64,000 nucleotides of DNA from Phoronis australis (taxonomy: Eukaryota > Animalia > Phoronida): contig NMRA01000009.1 of NCBI GenBank assembly GCA_002633005.1, forward strand, positions 1,633,858 through 1,697,857, in the 5' to 3' direction. Under the pieces are notes generated by a model. That model was not told the DNA's origin, made no database searches, and was given only the letters and a program-made list of their open reading frames with translations. Of this stretch, positions 27,701 to 39,700 are shown one piece after another. Position numbers and translations under genes: made by a program. Numbering within the stretch: the first letter of the stretch is position 1; each line of letters begins with the position of its first letter.

Positions 27701-30700
27701 GATTCAACTGTTTTATGCTCACTAGGGTCATACCGGTACATAAATGTAGACTTGGCACTCATCATAGTAAAATCGTGCAATTATTGCAAAAGCATAGTCA
27801 AACTGGAATCCTGGAGATGTTTCAAATGAAAAAATGAGCAATTTTTAACATTTTAGTTGGGTTGTGAAATAGTACCAAAAGGCATTATTACTGTGTAGAT
27901 GTATATCTGTATGATCAGATTGAAATTCATTTCAGTCTTGCAGTCCTGAAGAAACTCTAAACACGCAGGCATTCAGCGGTGGTGGAGAAATTGACGCGAC
28001 TCAGTCGTATGACGTGGATATGTCCGACTGTAAGGTTACTGAGTCGTACAGTGACACTTCTGCATCAACAAGCAGTTATGTCACAGTGGACCAACTGACA
28101 TGCCTCAACAACGGTGAGGAAGTAAGTGTATTATGGGTATGTTTTGTTTATAGTAAGGTGGATTGTGGTGTGTAGTAAGATGCATTCTCTGCTTTAGTTG
28201 GTCTTAATTTATACAAAGGTGAGAGCATCCTGTTTTTGACATTCGTGACCTTCCTCTTTAGTCCTCTTATGGTCCCTAGGTGTCACTTAAGGTCTGACTA
28301 ACTGCTAGATACAGTCACTTTTTAATTTGAGACATTTAATTTTCATTTTAGAGACCTTTTGCTAAGTTTGGGTATTTTCAAATTTCCTTCTAAAACATAA
28401 ACCAGTATTAACTTGCTTTTCGTCAAAAATAGCATTTCATTCCAGTAACTGCCCAAGCAATTTTTATGCGCCCTCATGTTTATATGTGGACGCATTATGC
28501 TGTCATCTCCGTCTGTCCAACGTCTGATGTTATATCTTCAAAAACCTTTGACGAATGTTCATGATATTTTGCGCATTTGCTCCTTTTCTGGGTGGCATGG
28601 CATGAGTGAACTTTCGGACGGATCCGACTACCGGTGTGTCCCCTAGTGGCAATTTTACTTTTTTACGCTTACCTCTGAATCTTCAAAGGTCCTCAATGTA
28701 TTTTCATAAAATTTGGCATATTGGCATCTTTTAGTGAGATGACACTTCTCCCGTTTTCGGATGGATTCCTTGTAGTCTGCGCCACCTAGTGGCCATTTTC
28801 ACTGTTTTCGAGTGTGTTTTTTGGCGTCCACCGCTCTATCAACCAAACCCCTCCAAGGATGATTGTGAAAATTGGCATTTGTGTTCTTGCTATGAAGCGG
28901 ATGGCTCGTAATGATTTTCTGACGACTTCATCTACTGTGGCACCTCCTAGTGGCAGTTTTTTTGTTTTTTTTTGCGCCCATGGCTGCATCTCCTAAGCCG
29001 TTTGCAGGATCTTTACTAAATTTAGCAAGTGTATTTATATGATGTTGATAACGGACGACCACGACTTTTGGACGGATCTGACTGCTGGTGTGCCCCCGAG
29101 TGGCAATTTAAGTTTTTTACATTTACCTGTCTTCAAAGGTCCTTACCGGATTTTCATAACATTTGAAATATAGGCATATCTTAGTGAGATGACGCTATCC
29201 TCCTGTTTTCGGATGGAATCGAGGTATTTTGCACCACCTAGTGGCCATTTTTGCTGTTTCTGAGTCCACTTTCTGTTAACCAAACCATTCTAAGGATGAT
29301 TTTGAAAATTGGCATATATGTTCTCGGTGCGAAGAGGACGGTTGACAATGACGTCTTTGACTACTGTAGGGCCTCCTAGTGGTAGTTTCGTTTTGTTTTG
29401 CGCCCATAGTTGTATCTCCTAAACCCATTGCAGGATCTTTATTAAATTTTGTAAGTGTATTTATATGAAGCTAACAAAAGACAACGATGACTTTTAGGCA
29501 GATGCATCGAACGCTGTGCCCCCTAGTGTTAATTTCATTTTTTTCCGTTTTCCTTTCTTTGAAGATCCTTGACAGATTTTCATGAAATTTGGCAAATAGC
29601 TTTTTATTAAAGAAGCAATTGCATGTTCCCACTTTCGGGTGGATTGGATGTTTTTGCACCGTCTAGTGGCCATTTTATGATACAAATAAGCAACCCTAGA
29701 AGCACTCCTTTTTCGGTGCATTCGTGGGCACATTTTAACGCTCCGCGTTACTTTTGTTTAAAGGATTAAACAACATTTCAGATGATGCAATATGATAGAG
29801 CTACTCAATTGAAGAAAAATGATGCTTCATTTTAAAATTGGTTAATAAATACAAAAGTTATGAGGCTTTTAAAATTCTGAAATATCACTTCCGGCTGCAG
29901 TGGCCAAATGAGCATATTGGGGATCATCTTAAGTCTGAAATGTTCCATTCTTCCAAACTATCACCACAGCAAAGATGAAACTACTATCTTTATTAGTTTT
30001 ATAGCTATGTTTACTTATAAAAAAATTAAAAAATCCTTCAGGACGGCCATTGATTAAATTTGGTTCCATAGTATTTTCAGCTGATCATAAATGATAATCA
30101 TGTAGGAAAAAGAACGTTTTTGCACAATTTTAAATGGAGTTTTACATCTAGTCTGGCCAATAAGACCTCTGGAAATTGTGAAAAATGTGGGTCTGGAAAC
30201 ACTTAGGTGCCACATTTGCATCATGATAATAATGTCCAAAACAAGCAAGAACTGCAAGACTTAAATAAATCACAGAAGTAAAACGGTACGATAAAATTGC
30301 ATGAAATTTTCAGTGTTTATTCCTAATAAGATGTAGTATCATACATAATAAAGCATGCCATTCTGCAAGTTTTCGAAAATACAACATAAAATTGACCACG
30401 GCTCATGTTTTCTATAGATTTCCGTTGTAAGTACGATCATTTCCATTTGTATCGACACCAGTTTGACTTATTCTTCTCGCCTCCTTCACGTGTAAGATAT
30501 TCATTAACAAATGATCAAATAACCACTTGTTAAAGTAAACTAACATATTAAAAAGCACAAGGTCTTTCAACGAAAACAGCAGAGCAATCTGTGTCAGTGG
30601 AGTAGGAATCGTCACTGTCATTCGAAAGTTCCAGCAGTGATGTCGCCATTTTGATTTTCTAGTAGAGTTACCCGCATATTCTCACCCGCACATTCGCGCC

Positions 30701-33700
30701 GTGCGTTTCATTAAAATATAAAGGTTCTCATTGAAAAGTTGAATAAACAAACTTTATTACGATATAAATGTCACTGGTATGATGCACACCAGTCCAAAAC
30801 TACGACATTTTAAAGTTTTCATCTAAAAATTTGACAATGTTGTGATTGTAATTATACCTTGAAAAATACATGAGTCGTCGGCTAAAGAATTTTTCTATCT
30901 GTTTGTGCTTGCTTGAGAACATGGTGATTCGTGTAAATGCGCCACTGTTTTGAAAACGCAAGTACTGATTTCGCGGTGATTACTCACTTGGGCAAAATAT
31001 GCAGTCAGCCGGTAACTACACCACAGTTAATTAAATTTTTCTTTACTATGTAGATGTTGGATATTGATGTGAGTTATATCATTAGAAAAAAGGTGAATTG
31101 GTCTTTCTCTCATATGTTTTTTGTCGGTAAATGGAATGTAACGAAGTTACAGGAGCGATATGAAAATCTATGTTTTTGTGGTTGACCGTCTATTTCCAGT
31201 TGATTAATAGACTTACTTAGGGTACATATTTTTCAAATTGGTCTCGGCATGTTCTTTTACTCAGATGGGTAGTAATTTCTGGTTTTAGGTAGCTCAACAT
31301 GGCAAGTAATTTTAAAAACTGAGTGCCATCTGAAACTTTCAGGAAATCTCGGCTCTTCTCAAGCCCAGAAATCCCTTCTCACCTGTCAAATTGAAGAACA
31401 AATTGAGGCCAGTTTTATAGCATAAGGTGGTCGACTTCAAAAGTTAGTTTTTGATAGAAGGCAAGTACATGGCAGGTTTGGTGCTATAGTGGTACCACCA
31501 GCAACTTCTCAGTGACTGGATTCAATGCTGTGTTTAACTGATATCTTGCTTGTTTTCAGAGGGTTGAAAACAGCCAGTCGTCTGATGAGGGTGGTTCCGA
31601 CAACAAGTGCGCCAATATTCTCTGTGTGCCATTTTCTACAGCGAACAATGAGAAGTCAGACTTAGACAGGACTCAGGAGGCTAAGGCTGACAACTCTGAT
31701 GACATCTCACCTGTTGTACCTCCAATGTGTGGTACACATAGCCTTGAGGTTGCCACAGATTATGGTGAGGAGCTAGTGGTGGAGCCTGCTGCTCCCTCTG
31801 GTGAGTCTCAACCTGAGAAGGCAGCAGATACGAAGAGTGGCAGACGAGTTTCTAGAAGAACCGTTGAGGTTAAATCTGCAGAAGAAAGAACTGAAACTAA
31901 GAGAAGTCGGAGGGGATGTCGGTCAAAGTGTGAAAGTAGCACAGTTGAAGATGTTACTGAGAGTATCAATGTTGACCATAAACAGTCAGTGACTTTGCCA
32001 GATGTTGAAGGCAGAAAGTCTGCTGGGAGTGTGGCTAAAGGAAAGATTACTTCTGTTGATGCTAACTCAGCAGTGGGAGATGGTGAAACTCGGCGAAGTC
32101 GACAGAGTTGTAAGATGAGCCATGAAAGCAGCACAGTAGACAGTATTTCAGAGAAAACTGTTGATGAGGATGTAGGAGTAGATCAGAATAACTCAGAAAC
32201 TTCATCAGTACCTAAAGGAAGGCGTGGGAGAAAGTGTTCTGCAAATGCAGCTGAAGTGAATGCCACATCTGTTGAAAGTGGCTCAGCTGTAAAAGAGCGT
32301 GATCCTAAGAGAAGCTGTCAAAGTCGTGCGACAAGCAGGGAAAACTGCTCAGTAGAAAATGTCACAGAAAAAAATGACTCCAGGGTAGACCCTGAAGAGT
32401 TGGAAACTTTACCGCTGCAAAAAGGAAGACGTGGGACAAAATGTGCTGGCGCTCAAGTGAATACAACTCAAAAAGTGAGAGGTCAGTCTAAAAGTAGAAT
32501 GTCACAGACGTCTGAGGAAATTGCAGACAACCATTCTAATCAAAGAAGGGGTAAGCGAGGAAAAGTGCACTGGGATGAGGAGGTGAAGGACGACAACGGT
32601 GAAGGCAGTAATATGGCTGAGGAAGCTGAGGAGAAGGTCCAAGACATTAACAAAGAGAAGATACAAATCGATTGTAAAAGAACTGAGGATGAAGAAGAAA
32701 GTTCCACAACTAGGAGGACAAGAAGGACAAGAAATGAAAGTAAGGAAAAGGTTACTAGTCAAGTCAACGGCGGAGAGAGCTCGGAGAAAACAACACGAGG
32801 CAGATCACGATCAAAAAGAAAGCAAGAGGGAGAGAAAATGAAGGATGATGATGTTGACACTGTAGAGCAAGTGCCATGTAATGGAAGTGAAGTCGAGGAC
32901 ACTTCAAAAGCTGGGACAAGATCTAAGATGGTTAGGAAGGTCAAAGGAGAAGATGATGACAGTATGTCAGATTCCGTGGAAACAAAAGCTAGGTCTAAGA
33001 GGAAACGGCGTGCAGTGAATGAGGGAAAGGCAGATACCCTGATAGAGCCTGAGCCCAGCCAGCCAGGTGTAAAGAAGAGTAGACGTGTAGGAATGCAGGC
33101 AAACGACGCTTACGGAGTGCTCGAGAAAGGCAGACAACAGAGGTGTAAAGGGGATAGTGTTGCTCTTGGTGTTGGTAGAGGATGTGAGACTGTGCAGGCC
33201 GAGAGTGAACTGAATGTTTCAGTGGCAAGTTCATCATGTTTTGATGCAGAAGATGGACCAAGTACAAGGCGAGGTAGAAAAAGAAAGGGGGATGGATCAG
33301 CTGCTGTAGATAAGCTCTCGGCTGATATTGGGGACAAGTCACAAAGTGTTGTGTCTGTACCAAGCTCTACTGCAAGGAAATCAAGAATACAGTGCCGACA
33401 GTCAATGGAATCTAGCAGGTCAACTAATGTAAGCACAGCAACAGAGTCTGGGGCTACAGAACCTGAAGCAAAGTCTAGAGGAAGAAGCAAGAACAGGAAG
33501 CTGCAGACCTGTATTGGGGCAGATAAGGAGAAGAGTCCAGTGAAAGGAACCAGACAAGTACAGAAGGGGAAGACTGTGGAGGCAGCCAGTGAAGGTGCGA
33601 CTCCAGCTAAAATGAGGTGGGAAAGGTCCTCATCAACTGATAGTCAGGTGAGACTGTTAAAGGTGGATGATGTTTGATGATTGGGGAATTGTAAACACAA

Positions 33701-36700
33701 CCTGTTTCAGTCAACGCATTTCCTTGTGTTTTACGTTAAAGTCCTTTTGTATTAAAAGGTGTGAAAAAGACTCAAGGTTTTGAAATGCCTTATCAGGTAG
33801 TCTGAGGATTTAGCCAAAAACAGTAAAATATAGGATTTAACTCCGCCTCTATAACAGTATTTTTTATTTTCAGAAAGTAGAAATCTTGTACAATTTTAGT
33901 GAAATTCAAACCAATCTGTGATTGATTGGGTCAAGTGTCCATCTCTTTTTAGTGGAATTTAGTAAAAAAGAAATCAGGTACTTTCATAACAAGAAATTGT
34001 AGCCATGATACAATCTATTTTTTTTCTATAAAATAGACAAGATTTTATCTTAAATATAGTGTCACAGTTTTTTAAAACTTTTTTGTGTAACCTTAGATTT
34101 TTTCATGAAAGTATATTTTTTGTAGCACTTTGTTCAAATATGACACATTTTCAAAATTTTCCTAACAACTTTTATGGTTAAATGACCATAAATCATCTCA
34201 AAGTTTTATTTGAGTGCCACCATCCTTTTCCAGGTCTACTTTTGTCATCTATTTAAGTGATTGCTTTTCAAACATGAATTATATCGATGAACACCAAAGC
34301 TTTTTTGTGCTAACTTCCTTTTTGTCATCCTTTGAAAGTTATTGCATCGGGGTCCTTTGTTTTAAAAAATCAAATATTTTTATAGCCTGGAAGTTAATTC
34401 TAGTTTTTTTCGCAGACATTTTTATGCGCCCACATATTTATATGTGGACGCGTTATGCCGTCATCTCCGTCCGGCGTCCACAGCTCTATCTCCAAAGCCC
34501 TTTGACATACGTTCATGAAGTTTGGCACATATGTTCCATTCATGAATGGGACGGCACTTTCGGTGGCAATCCTATTTTCTTGTGCTTATCTTTGTAACTT
34601 CAAAAGTCCTGAATGGATTTTCGTGAAATTTGGTATGTAGGCACCTATTAGTGAGATGACGCTATCCTCTCGTTTTTGGATGGATTCGACGTAGTTTGTG
34701 CCACCTAGTGGCCATTTTTAATGTTTTCGAGTCTGTTTTTTTGCATCCACCCCTCTATCAACCAAACCGCTCAAAGGATGCTTGTGAAAATTGGCATGAA
34801 TGTGCTTACTGTGAAGAGGATGGTTGACGATGATTTTCAGACGATTTTGACTACTGTGGCGCCTCCTAGTGGCAGTTTTTTTATGCCTATGGCTGTATCT
34901 CCTAAACCGTTTGCAGGTTATTTACCAAATTTAGTAAGTATATTTATATGATGTTAACAACCGACGATGACGACTTTTGGATGGATCGGAGTACGGGTGT
35001 GCCCCTTAGTGGCAATTTTATTTTTTTACATTTACCCTTGTATCTTCAAAAGTCCTGAACGGATTTTCGTGAAATTTGATATGTAGGCACCTATTAGTGA
35101 GATGACGCTGTCCTCCCGTTTTCGGATGGATTCGACGTAGTTTTTGCCACCTAGTGGCCATTTTTACTGTTTTCGTCCACTCTATCAACCAAACCGCTCA
35201 AGGGATGGTTGTGAAAATTGGCATATATGTGCTTACTATAAAGAGGATGGTTGACCATGATTTTCCGATGATTTCAACTGCTGTGGCGCCTCCTAGTGGC
35301 AGTTTTGTTTTTGTTGCGCTTATGGCTGTATCTCCTAAACCGTTTGCAAGATCTTTACTTAATTTAGCAAGTGTATTGATATGATGTTGACTACGGATGG
35401 CGATGACTTTCGGACAGATCTGACTACTGCTGTGCCCCCTAGTGGCATTTTATTTTTTTTACGTTTAACTCAGCATCTTCAAAGGTCCTCAACATATTTT
35501 CATAAAATTTTAAATGTAGGCATCTATTGGTGTGATGACGCTATCTTCCTGTTTTGGATGGAATCGAGGTATTTTGCACCACCTAGTGGCCATTTTTGCT
35601 GTTTTCAAATCTTGTTTTTGGTGTCCACCCCTGTATCAGCCAAATCATTTGAAAATTGGCATATATGTTCTCAGTATGAAGACGACCTTTGATGATGGTG
35701 ACTGACTACTGTGGTGCCTCCTAGTGGTAGTTTTGTTTTGAGGCCATAGTTGTATCTCCTAAACCCACTGCAGGATCTTTACTAAATGTAGGAAGTGTAT
35801 TTATATGAAGGTAACATCAGACAACGTCGACTTTCAGGCAGATCCAACGGACACTGCCCACTAGTGGCAATTTCATTTTATTCTGTTTTCCTTTGTTTCT
35901 CTGAAGTTCCTTGACAGATTTTTATGAAATATGGCATGTTCCTGTTTTTGGATGGATTGTATGTTTTTGCGTCATCTAGTGGCCATTTTTATGATACAAA
36001 TAAATAACCCTAAAAGCACACCATTTGCAATGCATTCGTGGGCATATTCAACGCTCTACGTTGCTCTTGTTAAGTCTAGTCTGCACACCACCTAGTTGTC
36101 ACATATTCATATTTTCACTTGTTTGAGTTGTTCTTTTCAGGCTTCCCCAGGCAGGTCCTGCAGGAAGATTAGCAAGCCAAGAATTATCTTCACAGGTGTG
36201 AGTGAAGACAGCTTCACAAAGGTATCTTTATGTATAAAGTGGTGTTTTGTAGTAACTTAGCAGAACTGGTGTGTTGTTTTCCATTGATACTTCGTTTAAA
36301 GTTCCACTTGCAAACTGTTCACTGTTTTTAGTACAGAATGTATAAACAATTAAGATAACGATAAAAAGATAGATCACTATTGCTTCCTGAAAGGCTGCTG
36401 ATGGCGTACACTTCTGTTCATACAATTAATGTGACTCTTTGTATGTGATTCAGCATGAAAACTCATTTTTTAGCTGGAAATTGTTACGCAAAACCAAGTG
36501 AGACTCACATTGCGAAACACTCTCGATAATTCCTTTACTGTCTGTTGTAGATAATCCAAGATTTGGGTGGAGAAATAGCCAAATCACCAACTCAGGCAAC
36601 CCACCTTGTCACAGATGAGGTAATGGTTATAACATTTATCATCTGTCAGAGGATTTGATTAGATTAAGGATTAATACGACTATTATCCTTAGATTCAGGT

Positions 36701-39700
36701 CTATTGTCTTAGGACACATGTGGTTAGCAATTGGTGACTGTTGTTAACGTTTAGCAATTTAACTAAAATACCCCCAAGGTTCTGCTGTTGTTGGAGTGGA
36801 TCTCGTAACCAACCCCTTAGTTGCTTACAAAACTCTCAAAACTTTCTTTCATCTTAGTCCAAATTTTGGCCTCCTAAGGAACATTAGTAATCACTTCATA
36901 GACGCGTTACGCGTATTTTCCTTAACATAAATTTGTTATTTTCAGGTGCGTCGAACGGTCAAATTCATGTGTTGCATTGCTAAAGGCATACCTGTAGTGA
37001 ACCCAGAGTGGCTGAAGGGCTGTAGAGATGCCCACACCTTTATTGGTCAGTGTATACTATTGTGCTAAAAGATTTCTTTTTCTGTTAAAATTGACATCGA
37101 ACATACCCATGTGTTTGTGGATCGTGTTAGGCATTTCAGATGGGGGGAAGGATTTTTCAGTTAAAAGTGACAGGTGGAGGTGGTCCATTTAACTAACTCA
37201 GAGTTGTCCAAGTAGCAGCTGATGTTTGAGATTTTAAAAAACAGGATTCTTTGAAAAGAATTAAATAGTCATGTAGTAAATTACTTTTCAATATAGACAG
37301 GTCAAATTATGAGGATTTTTATTGCTTAAATGTTCTCAATACATTTGATGTAACTACTCTTGTAAACTTGTGTTGTTAAATTGTTTTCTGGATACTGTTA
37401 CAGACACTCATTCATTTACTCTGAAAGATGCCAAATATGAGAAAGAGTATAAGACAAGCTTAACCCATACTTTGGACAAGTCCAGTGAGGCACCACTGTT
37501 TACAGGTTACAGAATACATGTGACCAAGTCTGTCAAACCTCCCCCAAAGGAAATGAAGGGTAATGGGAGTATTTTGATTGTGCTTGCATGGAAACTGTCT
37601 GACTTTGAATTTACTTATGAGTGTGTGTGCCTCTAACTTTAGTGCATACTTGCCTTGCATAAAAAATCATATTTTTGTTATAGTCATGCAAAGTTAATTT
37701 CATGCAAAGTAACAGACATGTATGGTTAAAGCTGTTATGTAATCTGCTTTTATTAAAAGTTAACTTTTGATTTAGACTGTACTGTTATGACGTTAGTCCC
37801 CAATTGTTGCTTAGAATTGATTTGAGGGCAAGGGCAGGAACTAGTAGTTTGTTATTTCTTGAGACTGGGTTGTAGTTGTAGTGTGACAAGTCATTTGATG
37901 TGCTTAACATGGTCTCAAACAGTAACAATGGTTATTTCTTTACAGGTGGTGTGAACATAGCAGTGTTAAACATGTTTATCCACTATTTTGTACAAACATT
38001 TTATGTTACATGACTAGTATATTAAGTTTGACCAAAACCTAAAAGCCACAGTAGCCTATGTTGTGGGTGTCAAAAATCACTTCCTTCACACGTGTATTAA
38101 TTTTCTATTCCAGTGCAATTTTGTCACTTATACATTCATTGAATGATTTACAGATGGAATTAAACATTATAAACATAAAAGGATTGTGGGATATCGGCCA
38201 TCCAAAGTTGCATCCATAGCAGAATAATGTAAAGATCACTTAATTTTAGGTTTAAGGTTTCAAACAGGCAAAAGTTCATTTTATCATAGATAGGAGTAAA
38301 CAGGTAGCATCTATATGATATAAACTCCCAGCTTGCAGTAGTCTACAGTCGCCTAAGTGACAGTTCCTGAATAATAATTCTGGATTGGTTGACTCGTATC
38401 CCACAAATCTATGCTCTAGCATGCGCATACATCAGTTTTCATTCTGTAAAAAGATCACTGTAATGTTATCAATTGTTCATCCATTATCTTGTGTTTCACA
38501 ACTGACATTGCCTATAGTTTTGTATTTACCCTCACCAGACATCATAACATGTGCGGGTGGACAGTATCTGTCATCACTACCCAACAAGTTTGCTGACTGT
38601 ACAGTAGTGGTCACCTGTGAAGAGGACTTGACCCAGTGTCAACCTGCCCTGTCTGCTGGCATACCTTGCACGTCCAAGGAGTTCATAATGACTGGTCTCC
38701 TCAGACATCAGCTTGATGTGGAAGGGTATCCTTTTTACATGCTTTATATGCAGTTGTGAATAGGTGTTGCAGTGTGTAGGTTACATGTGATCAGAGGCGA
38801 CGAATATAAAGCTTGATGTTCAAATGTTGGCTCGGAGAAAAGTGTGATTAATCTTCAAGTGCACTGGGCAGAAATAGAAACAAATTTGATGTCCCGTTGT
38901 TTTTGTCATAAGTTGTTGTTATTAAGTGCAGTCTCTTGTTACTTTCCACTGTTTAATGTTTGACTATTCACATGTTGAACACTTGCACGACAGATTCACT
39001 GCTCTGAATATCCATTAAATTGCATGAGCTTGGAGACTTGTGTTAAACATACATGTGAATGCGCTAGGGATTCAAAAACTAGCTCTATTTGTTTGTTCTT
39101 GTATTACAATTCTCTGCATATGAACTGTTCTTTTGGCTCCCTAACTGCCTGCACAAATTGTACCATAGATTAAAAAGCCTATATGCGTCATGCCATTTTG
39201 AAAACATGTCCCACGCACTTTGCAGCACATTCTGCTTTTAAATTAGGTCATTGTTCAAATAGCAACTGAAGTTATTCAGAAATGTAAGAAAATCAGTATT
39301 GACGGGATGTTCAGTATATAAATCCAGGACTAATATTTGGCAGATGGAATTTTAAGACCAAAAGTCAAATACAAAAAATATTAAGAGGTCCTGGCGTACA
39401 TTTGGGAGTGCCGAATATCGGCCCAAGCTTATCTTTACTAAAGCTGTTGTCCACTATAATAAAAAATTCACTGGGCATTCTCCTCAGTGATATAAGTCAA
39501 GGCTTGGAATTTTCTGAGGAAACACGGATTTCCGCTTTTTTCTCTTATTCCTTCCGCGCATTTTTGTTATATTTCCACAGAAAAAATAGTATTTGCCATA
39601 AAATTTTCGCCGTAAATTGGTTTCTAACCGTGGCGTTGCTGACGACTCGAAAAGCGGAAACTGCTCTTTATTATTGGAGGAATGAAAATCATAATTGCCG

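Noticed and set aside
31808-33490. Antisense ORFs over the large MDC1 exon
   Set aside because: Shadow ORFs of a long coding exon with no recognisable motifs.
34214-35692. ORFs with repeated APPSG motifs
   Set aside because: They are translations of the non-coding tandem array inside the Helentron-type element.
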